A stretch of 64,000 bases of DNA from a bacterium (GTDB lineage: Bacteria; DUMJ01): contig JBMFMV010000001.1 in the NCBI GenBank assembly GCA_049970495.1, positions 32,001 to 96,000 on the forward strand. The letters are read 5' to 3'. Of the stretch, positions 23,141 to 34,192 are shown piece by piece. Position 1 is the first letter of the stretch. Every line of letters begins with the position of its first letter. The notes under the pieces were generated by a model that had not been told where the DNA came from, made no database searches, and saw only the letters and a program-made list of their open reading frames with translations. The position numbers were made by a program, and so were the translations under genes.

Positions 23141-23814
23141 AGATAGAGGGGAAGAATGCTGTAACAGAGGCTTTGAAATCTGGTATCAGTATTCAAAAGA
23201 TACAGATAGATAAAAGGCTAGTTCCAAGATATGGAGATATTATTTCTCATGCCAAACAGATGAGGATACCTGTTCAAGAGGTCCCATCATTGAAAGCCAA
23301 ACAGGGTATATTGGCATATGTATTCCCTGTAGAACCAAAAGATATAGACTATTTTTTTGACAAACATTTTGTTGTTCTAGCTGATGGGGTTGAAGATCCT
23401 CATAATCTTGGAGCAATAATGAGAACAGCAGAGTGTGCAGGGGTTGATGGGATAGTTCTCCCTAAGCATCGCTCGGCTATAATCTCTGAAGGTCTTATAA
23501 GTTCTTCTGCAGGTGCTGTATTTCATCTTCCTTTTGCAGTTGTCACCAATACTGCACAGGCGGTAGACAAATTTATAGAGAGAGGCTTCTTTATATTGGG
23601 AGCAGACGCAAGTGGAGAACCATTCTTTAGTATAGAGATTCGCTTTCCTCTACTTTTGATAATTGGGGGAGAGGACAAAGGACTTAGACCTATAATGAAG
23701 AGAAGGTGTGATAAGCTTATTGGGATTCCTATGTTGGGCAAGATAACATCGCTTAATACATCGGTATCCGCTGGAATTATCATATATGAGATAAAAAGTA
23801 GGGATTGGAGGTGA
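23125..23814 (+). CDS. rlmB: TrmH-family (RlmB-like) RNA methyltransferase
   Basis: DPHNLGAIMRTA, GGEDKGL, SLNTSVSAG SPOUT motifs; follows cysS. Confidence 0.85.
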   Translation: MEDELKIEGKNAVTEALKSGISIQKIQIDKRLVPRYGDIISHAKQMRIPVQEVPSLKAKQGILAYVFPVEPKDIDYFFDKHFVVLADGVEDPHNLGAIMRTAECAGVDGIVLPKHRSAIISEGLISSSAGAVFHLPFAVVTNTAQAVDKFIERGFFILGADASGEPFFSIEIRFPLLLIIGGEDKGLRPIMKRRCDKLIGIPMLGKITSLNTSVSAGIIIYEIKSRDWR

Positions 23815-23816
23815 TT

Positions 23817-24659
23817 ATGTTGAAAAAGGGGATTAATATCTGGTCATTTCCACAGGGGATGAGTATCGAAGAGTGTATGAAGATAGCCAAAGATGCAGGT
23901 TTTGATGGAATAGAACTTTCTATAACAGAGAGTGGAGAGCTTGGCTTAGATAGTAGAGAAAGCGATATCTTAAAGTATAAGAAGATAGCAGAAGATATAG
24001 GTATAGAGATAAGTGGTCTTGCCGCAGGTTTATACTGGAAATATCCGTTTACTAGCAGTTCTAAAGATATTAGAGAAAAGGCAAGGGATATATGCAAGAA
24101 ACAGCTAGAGTTTGCAAGTATCTTGGGAGTTGATACAATCCTAGTCGTCCCAGGATATGTAGGTGTAGATTGGATGCCAGGGGCAGAAGTGATAGAGTAT
24201 GATAGGGCTTATGACTATGCGTTAGAGGCTATAACTGAATTATCAAAGTTCGCAGAATCTTGTAAGGTATGCATAGGGGTAGAGAATGTATGGAATAAAT
24301 TCTTACTATCACCTCTGGAGATGAGAGATTTTATAGACAAGATTAACTCTAGATACGTAGGTGCCTATCTGGATGTTGGTAATATTATCTACATAGGATA
24401 TCCTGAACACTGGATAAAGATACTCGGTAGCAGGATAAAGAAGATTCATGTAAAAGATTATAGAAGACAAGGGTGTGGATTAGCAGGCTTCGTAGATCTA
24501 CTCGCAGGAGATGTAGATTTTCCTAAAGTGATTTCTGCATTGAAAGATGTAGGGTATGACAACTATCTAAATGCAGAGATGTCTGCATATAAGCATTATC
24601 CTCTACAAATGATATATAACACATCTAAATCTATGGATAAGATACTTGGGAGGGGATAG
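23817..24659 (+). CDS. Sugar phosphate isomerase/epimerase (TIM barrel)
   Basis: AGFDGIEL, GVENVWNKFLLSPLE, YLDVGN, IHVKD; ATG 23817 after GGAGG. Confidence 0.85.
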   Translation: MLKKGINIWSFPQGMSIEECMKIAKDAGFDGIELSITESGELGLDSRESDILKYKKIAEDIGIEISGLAAGLYWKYPFTSSSKDIREKARDICKKQLEFASILGVDTILVVPGYVGVDWMPGAEVIEYDRAYDYALEAITELSKFAESCKVCIGVENVWNKFLLSPLEMRDFIDKINSRYVGAYLDVGNIIYIGYPEHWIKILGSRIKKIHVKDYRRQGCGLAGFVDLLAGDVDFPKVISALKDVGYDNYLNAEMSAYKHYPLQMIYNTSKSMDKILGRG

Positions 24660-24660
24660 A

Positions 24661-25686
24661 ATGTTAAAAGTAGGACTTATAGGAATAGGCTTTATGGGAA
24701 GAGGACACTTAGATAACTATATAAGACTTGAATCTGAAGGGTTTCCTATCAAGCTTGTAGCTATATGCGATATAGACCCGGCTAAGTTTGAGAATAAGTT
24801 TATACCAGGGAATATAGATGTAGGGACAAAAAAGTATGATTTTAATAGATATAGACTCTATACAAATCTTGACGAGATGTTAGAGAAGGAAGAATTAGAC
24901 TATGTTGATATCTGCCTTCCAACCTATTTACATGCAGAGGCAACTATAAAGGCTCTAGATAGAGGTATGCATGTCTTATGTGAAAAGCCAATGGCTCTAA
25001 ACTCTAAACAGTGTATAGAGATGATAGAAGCAGCAAAGAGGAATAATAAAAAGCTAATGATAGGACACTGTCTCAGATTCTGGCCTGAGTATGAATACCT
25101 AAAGGAATGTGTAGAGACGGAAAGATTTGGCAAATTCTTAGGTGGATATTTCTATAGGGGTGGCGGAACTCCTAAGTGGTCCTATGAGAACTGGCTTCTT
25201 ACTAAAGAAAAGAGTGGAGGCTGTATCTTAGATCAGCATATACATGACGTAGATACAATAAATTGGCTCTTCGGAAAGCCTACTGCGGTTACAACAATAG
25301 CCAGAAATGTCATACCAGGGAGTGGATATGATATAGTCTCAACAAACTACATATACCCTGATGGAAAGGTTATAAATGCACAAGATGACTGGACACTTCA
25401 GGGGGATTATGGATTCGAGATGTTATTTAGGGCAAACTTCGAAAGAGGAAATCTTATCTTCCAACAGGGGGTCTTAAGGGTAAATCCAAATGATGGTAAG
25501 AGTTTTATCCCGGAGCTTCCAAAGGAAATGGGTTATTATAGAGAGATCAAATATTTTGCTGAGTGTATTCTTAACGATAAACCTATTACTGTAGCTCCTC
25601 CAGAGAGCAGTAAAGAGACAATAGAAATAGTAGAGGCTGAGATAAGATCTGCCGACAATAAAGGTGAAATAACACCTGTATTATAA
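24661..25686 (+). CDS. Gfo/Idh/MocA oxidoreductase
   Basis: GIGFMG, LCEKPMA, GHCLRFWP, DQHIHDVD. Confidence 0.9.
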   Translation: MLKVGLIGIGFMGRGHLDNYIRLESEGFPIKLVAICDIDPAKFENKFIPGNIDVGTKKYDFNRYRLYTNLDEMLEKEELDYVDICLPTYLHAEATIKALDRGMHVLCEKPMALNSKQCIEMIEAAKRNNKKLMIGHCLRFWPEYEYLKECVETERFGKFLGGYFYRGGGTPKWSYENWLLTKEKSGGCILDQHIHDVDTINWLFGKPTAVTTIARNVIPGSGYDIVSTNYIYPDGKVINAQDDWTLQGDYGFEMLFRANFERGNLIFQQGVLRVNPNDGKSFIPELPKEMGYYREIKYFAECILNDKPITVAPPESSKETIEIVEAEIRSADNKGEITPVL

Positions 25687-25691
25687 GATGC

Positions 25692-25714
25692 GCCCCGGAG
25701 GTTCCGGGGCTTTT
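25692..25714 (+). terminator. Rho-independent terminator
   Basis: GCCCCGGA-ggt-TCCGGGGC-TTTT between convergent genes. Confidence 0.8.
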
Positions 25715-26976
25715 CATATCTTCTCTAACACTTTACTAGTCTCTTCTATTAATACATCCTCTATATCCTGAGAAAATGGAAATACATTAAAGATCTTTGG
25801 TGCAATGTATGAGGCATAGTCTCCTCGATCCATATACGCTTCCTTCGTTGGGATATACCCTACAAGGCCATTTGTATATCCAAATGTAAATAACATAGGG
25901 AATTTTTTCTTCAATCTTAGTCCATACTCGCAGAATATCTCACCAGGTATCCCTATAATCTTAATCTCCCCTATACTTATCCCCTGGATTGGGATATTCT
26001 CTATGTATGGATTCTCTTTGAGACTCTCATAAGAGAGTTCGGCATCTTTCAGCCACTCTTCTACAAATCTCTGAGCACTCTTATTATCCTTATACACCTC
26101 TAGCCAGTATTCTGCATCTTTTTTCATCTCTTCCTTAGAAGGAATCTGTAGGGGGAGCTCTATCCTCTCTTCAGCAACGCTTATCTTAGGGTTTTCAACC
26201 ATTTTCCCATACACCTTAGACTTTAATGCCCTATTGGCTAATATATGACCTAAAAGCTCTATATCTTCCTTTGTTCCTCTTCCCCACCTATTCATATTAG
26301 TTACCGGGTCTATATCTCCACAGAATCCCTGAAAGAACAAACAATTATAGGCATTTTCTTCCATACAACGGATTAACTCACCTGGCCAGTCGGCTGATAT
26401 ATCTTTAGTCCTCCCAAGAACAACAGGATGACAGGCATAATTAGTTAGGAATATACTCTTATCCTGTCTTTCAAATAATAAGACACTTAACTGAGGGTCT
26501 ATCGGCTCAAACCTCCTTAATCTTCTATTAAATCCAATAGGCTCTATAATTTCACTGTGATAGTAAAGTTTTGCCTTTTTCAAATTTGCCTTGGCGAAGT
26601 CTACACTAGATATAATCTTCTCTTTCAATTCAGTTAGGTATCTATTATCAACTTCTCCAAGCCCTCGCAATTTCTGAACAGCAGGTCCTGAATGTGTATG
26701 TGTACAGCTAAGAGTTATATTCTTTATCTCCAATCCTTCCTTATTTGCTATGACGCTTCTTAAAGTATCAGCAAAATCTACTGAAAACCCAATTAAGTCA
26801 CAACTTATAAGGATAGCTTTGTTCTTACTATCATCAAGATATAAAACCCTAACCTTTAAATCACCTAATATATTTTCCTCTTTTCTATCTAGATAGAATC
26901 CATAACCAGTAAGGTCAAGTTTAAACTCAGGAGAAGGGGTAATTACACGCTCTCCATAACCAACTAATAGTTCCAT
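25714..26976 (-). CDS. Neutral/alkaline ceramidase N-terminal-domain protein
   Basis: CTHTHSGP, NYACHP, QGFCGDI, IPGEIF, GYIPT. Confidence 0.75.
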   Translation of the reverse strand: MELLVGYGERVITPSPEFKLDLTGYGFYLDRKEENILGDLKVRVLYLDDSKNKAILISCDLIGFSVDFADTLRSVIANKEGLEIKNITLSCTHTHSGPAVQKLRGLGEVDNRYLTELKEKIISSVDFAKANLKKAKLYYHSEIIEPIGFNRRLRRFEPIDPQLSVLLFERQDKSIFLTNYACHPVVLGRTKDISADWPGELIRCMEENAYNCLFFQGFCGDIDPVTNMNRWGRGTKEDIELLGHILANRALKSKVYGKMVENPKISVAEERIELPLQIPSKEEMKKDAEYWLEVYKDNKSAQRFVEEWLKDAELSYESLKENPYIENIPIQGISIGEIKIIGIPGEIFCEYGLRLKKKFPMLFTFGYTNGLVGYIPTKEAYMDRGDYASYIAPKIFNVFPFSQDIEDVLIEETSKVLEKI

Positions 26977-27062
26977 AATTATCCTCCTAATAGGGATATT
27001 TTTTAGATATTATAACCCACTATGGTATAATTTAGTTAGAAAAATTTTTAAGGAAGGGATGG

Positions 27063-27773
27063 GTGATGTTTTCAAAGGCTCTATTAATAATTCTGTTTAT
27101 ACTGATATTTGTAGGGATTACTTACGGGAATGAGAATAGCGTAGAGATTACATATTTTGGCCATTCCATGTTTTTAATAAAATCTAGCTCTATCTCTATA
27201 GTTACCGACCCCTTTAATCCTGCAGTTGGATTCCCCTTACCTGATGTAAAATCAGATATAGTAACTGTAAGTCACGAACATTCTGATCATAATAACGTGT
27301 CTCTTGTAAAGGGTAGTCCTGTAATAGTCAATGGTAATGCAGAGGTCAAAGGGATAAAGTTTATAGGAATCTCTTCATACCATGATAACAAAGGCGGGAC
27401 ATTAAGAGGTAATAATACCATTATAAAGTGGGTTCTAGATGGTATAATCTTTGCCCACTTTGGAGACTACGGAGAGGATGAACTTACAAAAGAACAGTAT
27501 GAGAAACTTAAAGGCACAGATGTGATATTTATACCAGTGGGTGGGGTATATACCATTGATGTAGAAAAGGCTCTTAGTATTATAAGAAAGATAGAACCTA
27601 AGATGGCTATTATTATGCACTATAGGGTAAACTCTTATGGATTAAGAGTCCTAGCATCTATAGAGGATATAAAAAGGATAATCCCTGAACTAGAAAAGAT
27701 GCCTTCTACTATAAAGATTTCAAAGAGTTCTCTTCCAACAAATACTAAGATTGTCTATATGGAGATAAAGTAA
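27063..27773 (+). CDS. Exported MBL-fold metallo-hydrolase
   Basis: Hydrophobic N-terminus; GHSMF, TDPF, SHEHSDHN, HFGD, MHY. Confidence 0.82.
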   Translation: MMFSKALLIILFILIFVGITYGNENSVEITYFGHSMFLIKSSSISIVTDPFNPAVGFPLPDVKSDIVTVSHEHSDHNNVSLVKGSPVIVNGNAEVKGIKFIGISSYHDNKGGTLRGNNTIIKWVLDGIIFAHFGDYGEDELTKEQYEKLKGTDVIFIPVGGVYTIDVEKALSIIRKIEPKMAIIMHYRVNSYGLRVLASIEDIKRIIPELEKMPSTIKISKSSLPTNTKIVYMEIK

Positions 27774-27780
27774 CACAAAC

Positions 27781-27809
27781 TTGACAGATAGAATTAGATA
27801 ATATAAACT
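27781..27809 (+). promoter_or_regulatory. sigma70 promoter of leuS operon
   Basis: TTGACA-17-TAAACT. Confidence 0.65.
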
Positions 27810-27863
27810 CATACTCAATAAAAAAACTATATCAGTTGGTTGATGGAGGGTTAAGGCGATAGT

Positions 27864-30308
27864 ATGGATTATAATCCTAAAGTTATAGAAGAGAAGTGGC
27901 AAAAAAGGTGGGCTAATGAAGGCTTAAATGAGGCTAAAAATGATACTTCCTTACCTAAGGCTTATATCTTAGAGATGTTTCCCTACCCATCTGGGGATAT
28001 ACATATGGGACATGTAAGAAATTATGTCCTTGGTGACGTAATTGCCAGATATTACAGATTCAAAGGGTACAATGTCTTGCATCCTATGGGTTGGGATGCC
28101 TTTGGTCTTCCCGCAGAAAATGCGGCAATAAAAAGAGGAATACACCCTGCAAAGTGGACCTGGAGTAACATAGAAAATATGAAAAAACAACTAAAGCGAT
28201 TAGGTATATCTTATGACTGGAACAGAGAGCTAGCAACATGTGATCCAAGCTACTACAAATGGACTCAGTGGTTCTTCTTACTTATGTACAAGAGAGGTCT
28301 AGCTTATAAGGGTAAAGCAAAGGTAAATTGGTGTCCAAATTGTAAGACGGTTACAGCAAATGAAGAGGTAATAGATGGGACCTGTTGGAGATGCCATCAA
28401 CCTGTAGAAGAGAGATATCTGGAACAATGGTTCTTCAAGATTACAGACTATGCAGAAAGACTCTTAAATGACCTTGACAAGCTATCTGGCTGGCCTGAGC
28501 ATGTAAAGACTATGCAGAAAAACTGGATAGGTAAGAGTGTTGGGGCTGAGATAGTCTTTAAGATAAAAGAGATAGATAGAGACGTCAAAGTCTTTACCAC
28601 TAGACCTGATACACTCTTTGGTGCCACATTCTTTGCTATACCACATGAGTCTAGTCTTATAGAAGAGATGAAAAAATCCCCTCTATTCAAAAAGGAAGAG
28701 GTAGAAAAATTAATCTCAAAGATAAATATATTAGGTAGTGAAAAAGAGAAACTTGGAGTCTTTACTGGGCTTCATGCTGTAAATCCTATCAACGGGGAAG
28801 AGATTCCTGTATGGATAACTAACTATGTCCTACAGGAGTATGGAACGGGTGCAATTATGGGTGTTCCTGCTCACGATGAAAGGGACTTTGACTTTGCTAA
28901 GAAGTATGGGATCCCTATAAGGACAGTTATTTTGCCTCCAGGAGGGTCTCCTGATGGAGAATTAGAAGTCTCATATATAGGGGAAGGCTTATTGGTAAAC
29001 TCCTCCATATTTAACGGTTTATACAATGAGATAGCAAAAGTTAAGATAGTAGAATATCTCCAGAGAAAGGGGCTTGCAGAACCTAAAGTAAACTATAGAC
29101 TCAGAGACTGGCTCATATCCCGTCAGAGATATTGGGGTGCCCCTATTCCAATCGTATACTGTGATAAGTGCGGGATAGTACCTGTGCCTGAGGAAGATTT
29201 ACCAGTTCTCCTACCTGAGGATATAGACTTTACCCCTACTGGGAGTATATCACCACTAGCTAAGTCTGAAGAGTTTGTAAATACTACCTGTCCAAAGTGT
29301 GGGGGACCGGCCAAGAGAGAAACAGATACTATGGCAACATTTATATGCTCCTCTTGGTATTACTACAGGTTTACCGATCCCCACAATGAAAAGGCTCCTT
29401 TTAGTAAAGAAGCGGTGACTTACTGGATGCCTGTAGATAGATACATTGGAGGGGTAGAACACGCAGTCTTACACCTTTTATACTCCAGATTCTTTACTAA
29501 GGTCTTATATGATGCAGGATATATAAACTTTGAGGAACCATTCACTAATCTATTCACACAAGGGATGGTGCTAAAGGATGGGACAGCGATGTCCAAGTCA
29601 TTAGGTAACATAGTAGAGCCATCTCCTATAATAGAAAAATACTCCGCAGATACCTTAAGGCTATTCATCCTCTTTGCATCTCCCCCAGAGAAGGAGTTAG
29701 AGTGGAGTGACGAGGGTGTTGATGGAATGTGGAGGTTCCTCAACCGCGTATGGAGACTCTACAATGAGTTGATCCCAGTCCTTAATAACAGTAATGATGC
29801 TATCGATAGTGGAATAGATAGAGAACTTGTAAGGTGGAAACACACCACAATAAAAAGGGTGACAGAAGACATAATAGAAAGATTTCATCTAAATACTGCT
29901 ATAAGTGCATTGATGGAGTGGAGTAATTTCCTCGGTGGGAATATAGAAGCGGTAAAGAGGGCAAGAAAAACTACTCTTAAGGACACTTTAGAGACATTCC
30001 TCATACTCCTAGCACCATTTACTCCGCATATAGCAGAAGAACTTTGGGAGATTTTAGGACATAAGGAGAGCATTTTTAGGGAGAAATGGCCTGAGTATGA
30101 CCCTAACCTTATGAAGCAATTTGAATACGAGTTGATAATCCAAGTAGACGGAAAACTCAGAGATAAGATAAAGACAGGGGAAAGAGATATGGAAAAGTTA
30201 AAGGAGATTGTCCTACAGCTCCCTAGAGTAAAAAAATTTACTGAGGGCAAAGAGATAAAGAATATTATTACAGTCCCTGAAAAACTTATAAACATTGTAA
30301 CAGGCTGA
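27864..30308 (+). CDS. leuS: Leucine--tRNA ligase
   Basis: [30 protein letters not shown]. Confidence 0.97.
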   Translation: MDYNPKVIEEKWQKRWANEGLNEAKNDTSLPKAYILEMFPYPSGDIHMGHVRNYVLGDVIARYYRFKGYNVLHPMGWDAFGLPAENAAIKRGIHPAKWTWSNIENMKKQLKRLGISYDWNRELATCDPSYYKWTQWFFLLMYKRGLAYKGKAKVNWCPNCKTVTANEEVIDGTCWRCHQPVEERYLEQWFFKITDYAERLLNDLDKLSGWPEHVKTMQKNWIGKSVGAEIVFKIKEIDRDVKVFTTRPDTLFGATFFAIPHESSLIEEMKKSPLFKKEEVEKLISKINILGSEKEKLGVFTGLHAVNPINGEEIPVWITNYVLQEYGTGAIMGVPAHDERDFDFAKKYGIPIRTVILPPGGSPDGELEVSYIGEGLLVNSSIFNGLYNEIAKVKIVEYLQRKGLAEPKVNYRLRDWLISRQRYWGAPIPIVYCDKCGIVPVPEEDLPVLLPEDIDFTPTGSISPLAKSEEFVNTTCPKCGGPAKRETDTMATFICSSWYYYRFTDPHNEKAPFSKEAVTYWMPVDRYIGGVEHAVLHLLYSRFFTKVLYDAGYINFEEPFTNLFTQGMVLKDGTAMSKSLGNIVEPSPIIEKYSADTLRLFILFASPPEKELEWSDEGVDGMWRFLNRVWRLYNELIPVLNNSNDAIDSGIDRELVRWKHTTIKRVTEDIIERFHLNTAISALMEWSNFLGGNIEAVKRARKTTLKDTLETFLILLAPFTPHIAEELWEILGHKESIFREKWPEYDPNLMKQFEYELIIQVDGKLRDKIKTGERDMEKLKEIVLQLPRVKKFTEGKEIKNIITVPEKLINIVTG

Positions 30309-30309
30309 G

Positions 30310-30897
30310 ATGACTAATAGGGAAAAGTATTTAGTAGGTATAATTATAATTCTAATTGGTGCTCTTCTTTTCTCTCTAAATAAGCCTGTTAAAGAGGAAA
30401 AGAAAGAGTCCTCTATTATTATTGAAGAAAAAGATAATAGTAAGATTAGCAATACAAAGGTTGCGGTTCATATAGGTGGTGCAGTGAAAAGTCCTGGTTT
30501 ATACTATCTACCAGCGAATTCAAGAGTTGCTGATGCTATCCAGACTGCAGGAGGACCAACTTCTGATGCGGACCTAGATGCAATAAATCTGGCAAGCAAA
30601 GTAACTGATAGTTCAAAGATCTTAGTACCCTCTAAGGTAAGGGGGGTAAATGATATAGTAGCTGAGAAGACTCTTCAAGGCGAATCTTCTGAGCCTTCTA
30701 ATACCAAAATAAATATAAATACCGCAAGCGCCAAAGAGCTAGAAGAACTGCCAGGGATAGGTCCAGCCCTTGCCAATAGGATAGTCTCCTATAGGGAGAC
30801 AAATGGCCCATTTAAGAGTATAGAAGATTTAAAGAAAGTCTCAGGTATAGGTGAGAAAAGATTCGAGGCTATAAAGGATTTGATTGTTGTGGAATGA
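30310..30897 (+). CDS. comEA: Competence DNA receptor ComEA
   Basis: N-terminal TM, SLBB (VHIGGAVKSPG), HhH (ININTAS..LPGIGP). Confidence 0.92.
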   Translation: MTNREKYLVGIIIILIGALLFSLNKPVKEEKKESSIIIEEKDNSKISNTKVAVHIGGAVKSPGLYYLPANSRVADAIQTAGGPTSDADLDAINLASKVTDSSKILVPSKVRGVNDIVAEKTLQGESSEPSNTKININTASAKELEELPGIGPALANRIVSYRETNGPFKSIEDLKKVSGIGEKRFEAIKDLIVVE

Positions 30898-32260
30898 GAT
30901 AAAAAATAGACCAAGCGTTATTATTTTTCTTTCTATAGTTATTGGAACACTTCTATTTAGATATACTAATCTAATTTTTATTCCCTTTTTATTTTTAGGG
31001 CTGACATTTCTCTTTATAGAAGAGAAGATAAGTCTTATTATAGTAATAATACTCTTGAGTGCATGGTGGACATCTAAAAACTATGAAAAATACATTAATT
31101 CGATTAGAGAGATAGAAAAGATATCTAATGATGAAATCCGTATGGTCTGTTCTGTAAAAGATGCATCAAGGTATGGATTAAAGGTAGATAAGATAACAAT
31201 AGATAAAACAAGATATTACGGAGTATTAGAGGTAAAGGTAAGAGAAAACACCTATCAATATGGTGATAAGTTATATATAGTCGGAAAACTGTATAAAAAT
31301 AGGGTAATAGACATAGACAAAAAGCTTTTTCAGGAGAGGATTATAGGGACAGTATACCCTAATAAGGTGAAAATTCTATCTAAACCCAGTTTTTCTCTTA
31401 AGCGGTCTCTTTATATTATAAGAACTAAAATAAGAGATAAGGTATCTCTATTTCTTAATCCTGAAGAGCGAGAACTTACTATGGCTATGGTCTTAGGGAT
31501 AAGCGATGAACTCCCATATGATATATACAAGAACTTTAAAGTCACAGGACTCATTCACACATTAGTAGTATCAGGGGCACAGGTCTCTATAATCGTTTCT
31601 AGTATAATACCTTTTTTAACAGGTTTACAGCTATTAATCTTATTTCCACTAGTTTTCTTGTATGCCCTTATCACCGGACTGGAGATAAGTGTAATAAGAG
31701 CAAGTATTATGATGGGTATAAATATTTTAGCCCGTATCATACATGAAGACTATGACCCTCCATCAAGTCTTGCATTTTCAGGTATAGTAATCTTACTTTT
31801 TGATCCATTATCCATTTTTAGCTCAAGCTTTCAATTAAGCTTTTTAGCAACATTCAGCCTTATAAGTATTGCCCCTTATTTGAGAGTAAAAAGGCTAGAC
31901 TTTATGATGCCAACGATAACAGTCCAAGGGATTCTGGCTCCTCTACTTTTATACAAGAATGGTTCATTGCCTCTAATAAGCTTCCCAATAAATATAATAG
32001 TCTCCCCATTAATCTCCATCTTAACTATAGGTAGTTTTATTTTGGCGCTATCTACATTCACCTTCCCCTTTATTACTTATCTGATAAGTATTATAATAAA
32101 ACCGATTATTCATCTCCTATTGCGTATAATAGTCTTTGGTAATAAAATGTCGTATGATATTAAGTACAGCCCTAGTATAATAGAATTGATAGCTACATAT
32201 ATTATTATTGGAGGACTAATCTATATTGGATATACCAGATTATATAAAGACGATAAATGA
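30884..32260 (+). CDS. comEC: ComEC/Rec2 competence channel (no C-terminal beta-lactamase domain)
   Basis: GLIHTLVVSGAQ, SVIRASIM, SFQLSFLAT; follows comEA. Confidence 0.88.
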   Translation: MLWNEIKNRPSVIIFLSIVIGTLLFRYTNLIFIPFLFLGLTFLFIEEKISLIIVIILLSAWWTSKNYEKYINSIREIEKISNDEIRMVCSVKDASRYGLKVDKITIDKTRYYGVLEVKVRENTYQYGDKLYIVGKLYKNRVIDIDKKLFQERIIGTVYPNKVKILSKPSFSLKRSLYIIRTKIRDKVSLFLNPEERELTMAMVLGISDELPYDIYKNFKVTGLIHTLVVSGAQVSIIVSSIIPFLTGLQLLILFPLVFLYALITGLEISVIRASIMMGINILARIIHEDYDPPSSLAFSGIVILLFDPLSIFSSSFQLSFLATFSLISIAPYLRVKRLDFMMPTITVQGILAPLLLYKNGSLPLISFPINIIVSPLISILTIGSFILALSTFTFPFITYLISIIIKPIIHLLLRIIVFGNKMSYDIKYSPSIIELIATYIIIGGLIYIGYTRLYKDDK

Positions 32261-33167
32261 GTTAAAGTCTGGCGAAGTTTCTCATATATATGTATTAAGT
32301 GGAGACTGGGATTTCCTAAAAGATGATATAATCTCTAGGATCTATACATTCTTAAGATCTAAGGGTGATACGGTAATAATACGGACAGAGTCAGAGGTAG
32401 AGTTAGACAAAGAGATAAAAAATGCAAAGAGTGTCCTTATACCTACTGTAAAATTAATTATAGCAAGGCTTAATAGCCCTCCTAAGCTTAAAACCCTTCC
32501 TGAAGATATATATGTAGTTATAGATACAGATTCGATTATCAAGATACCTAGGAGTAAACAGGTAAATCTATCCCCCCCTAGTCCAAGAGAAGTTGATGTC
32601 TATATAAAAGAGATTATAAGAGGTTTAGCTAGATACTACAATAAAGTAATAGATGAAAGTTCCATAAGTATGCTTGCCTCTAGTCTTGTACAGGCTCCAT
32701 ATCTTCTCCTATCAGTATGGAATACCCTCCTACTTCTGACAGGAGATAAGGAGATTATAGAAGAGGCTGATATAAGAGAAGTAATGAAGAGTATCCCTAC
32801 TCTTACTGGTTTTCAACTTATAGACCTATTAGAGAGAGGAAGAACACAAGAAGCCCTCTTCTTATTAAGAAAAGAATATTATCCAGATAGTGAAATAATG
32901 CAATTACTTTCTGCTTTAAGAAAGAGATACAAACTTATCTTGTACGCAAAGACGATAAATCCTCAAGATACAGAACTGGCTAAATTTTTTAATATCTCTA
33001 GTGGATACGCAAGGTTTATTCTGAGCATAAGTAGAGATTATCCACTAGATAATCTGATACAAAAAATAAAACTCCTCCTCTCAATCGAGAGGAGGGTAAA
33101 GACGGGGGAATTAAAACCAAAAGAAGGCCTAGAAGACTTTATTCTTTTCCTAGGCCTGAGCGATTAA
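32226..33167 (+). CDS. holA: DNA polymerase III delta subunit (divergent)
   Basis: IYVLSGD N-terminus, C-terminal ERRVKTG; canonical comEC-holA-rpsT synteny. Confidence 0.72.
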   Translation: MDIPDYIKTINELKSGEVSHIYVLSGDWDFLKDDIISRIYTFLRSKGDTVIIRTESEVELDKEIKNAKSVLIPTVKLIIARLNSPPKLKTLPEDIYVVIDTDSIIKIPRSKQVNLSPPSPREVDVYIKEIIRGLARYYNKVIDESSISMLASSLVQAPYLLLSVWNTLLLLTGDKEIIEEADIREVMKSIPTLTGFQLIDLLERGRTQEALFLLRKEYYPDSEIMQLLSALRKRYKLILYAKTINPQDTELAKFFNISSGYARFILSISRDYPLDNLIQKIKLLLSIERRVKTGELKPKEGLEDFILFLGLSD

Positions 33168-33437
33168 CATCTGAGACTCTAATAGACTGAGCCTCTTCAT
33201 TAATCTAGACTTCTTTCTACTTGCTGTATTATCGTGTATAATGTTCTTCTTAGCTGCCTTGTCAAGTAAACTACATACAAGGCTTATCTGTGATTTTGCT
33301 GCGTTTACATCTCTTGCCTCTATATATGCCAAAAACTTTTTAACCTCAGTCTTAATCCTAGATTTAACAGCCTTATTCCTTTCAGCCTTTCTTCTAGAAG
33401 ATCTAAGCTGTTTCTTAGCAGACCTTGTATTCGGCAC
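33150..33437 (-). CDS. rpsT: 30S ribosomal protein S20
   Basis: PNTRSAKK..RNKAVKS..IIHDNTASRKKSRL. Confidence 0.96.
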   Translation of the reverse strand: MPNTRSAKKQLRSSRRKAERNKAVKSRIKTEVKKFLAYIEARDVNAAKSQISLVCSLLDKAAKKNIIHDNTASRKKSRLMKRLSLLESQMLIAQA

Positions 33438-33476
33438 TTATTTGACCTCCATCCTTTATTCTAATTCTCTCTAGAA

Positions 33477-33506
33477 AGTATACCACAATTATATCTGAAC
33501 TTTCAA
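33477..33506 (-). promoter_or_regulatory. rpsT promoter
   Basis: TTGAAA-18-TATACT with TG extension. Confidence 0.6.
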
Positions 33507-33598
33507 GAGCCCAACATTCCTCAACAGAAATTACTCAATTAAATTAGCCCCTCTGGAGGATATCTTTTCATTACCTCCAAGAGAAAGCTCCATATTCT

Positions 33599-34192
33599 TT
33601 GGGCTTAACAAAAAGAGATAGAGACGGTTACAGACTACGTCCAGATGGAAAGACATTAACTGTAACTATTGATGCATCCACCCATCATACACCAAGTATA
33701 GACATTATGCAGTTAGTAGTAAAATATTGGAAAGATCTAGGTATAAAGGCAGAAGTAAAAGTGATGGAAAGGTCTCTCTTTGAGACGAGACATCCTGCAA
33801 ATGAACATGAGATGCATGCGTTTACTACTAGCTTTGGTGCAGATGGTTACTCTGGTGATAGGTCTCCCAATACTAGATGGTGTCCACTATGGTATAACTG
33901 GCTTAATACTGGAGGAAAGATCGGCGAAGAACCACCCAAAGAGGTAAAGAAACTTTGGCAATTAATGAATGAGGAATTCTTCTCTACTAAAAGTGAGGCT
34001 AAGAGAATAGCAATATTAAAAGAAGCTATGAGATTACATGCAGATAATCTTTGGATTATAGGAACTGCCGGTGTAACATGGATGATGGGTATTGCAAGGA
34101 ATAACCTAAGAAATGTCCCTGATACTGGATTTACTTGGCATCCAGCTTCACCAGGTGTCTTTAGACCAGAGCAATTTTTCTTTAAGAAGTAA
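33599..34192 (+). pseudogene. C-terminal remnant of family-5 ABC substrate-binding protein
   Basis: GLTKRDRDGYRLRPDGK..WKDLGIK..GEEPP..LRNVP..PEQFFFK matches only the last third of such proteins; no SD and no signal peptide. Confidence 0.75.

Noticed and set aside
27774..27863. T-box riboswitch before leuS
   Set aside because: The leader is only about 50 nt, with no T-box consensus or terminator; lysS, gltX, cysS and metG also lack room for one.
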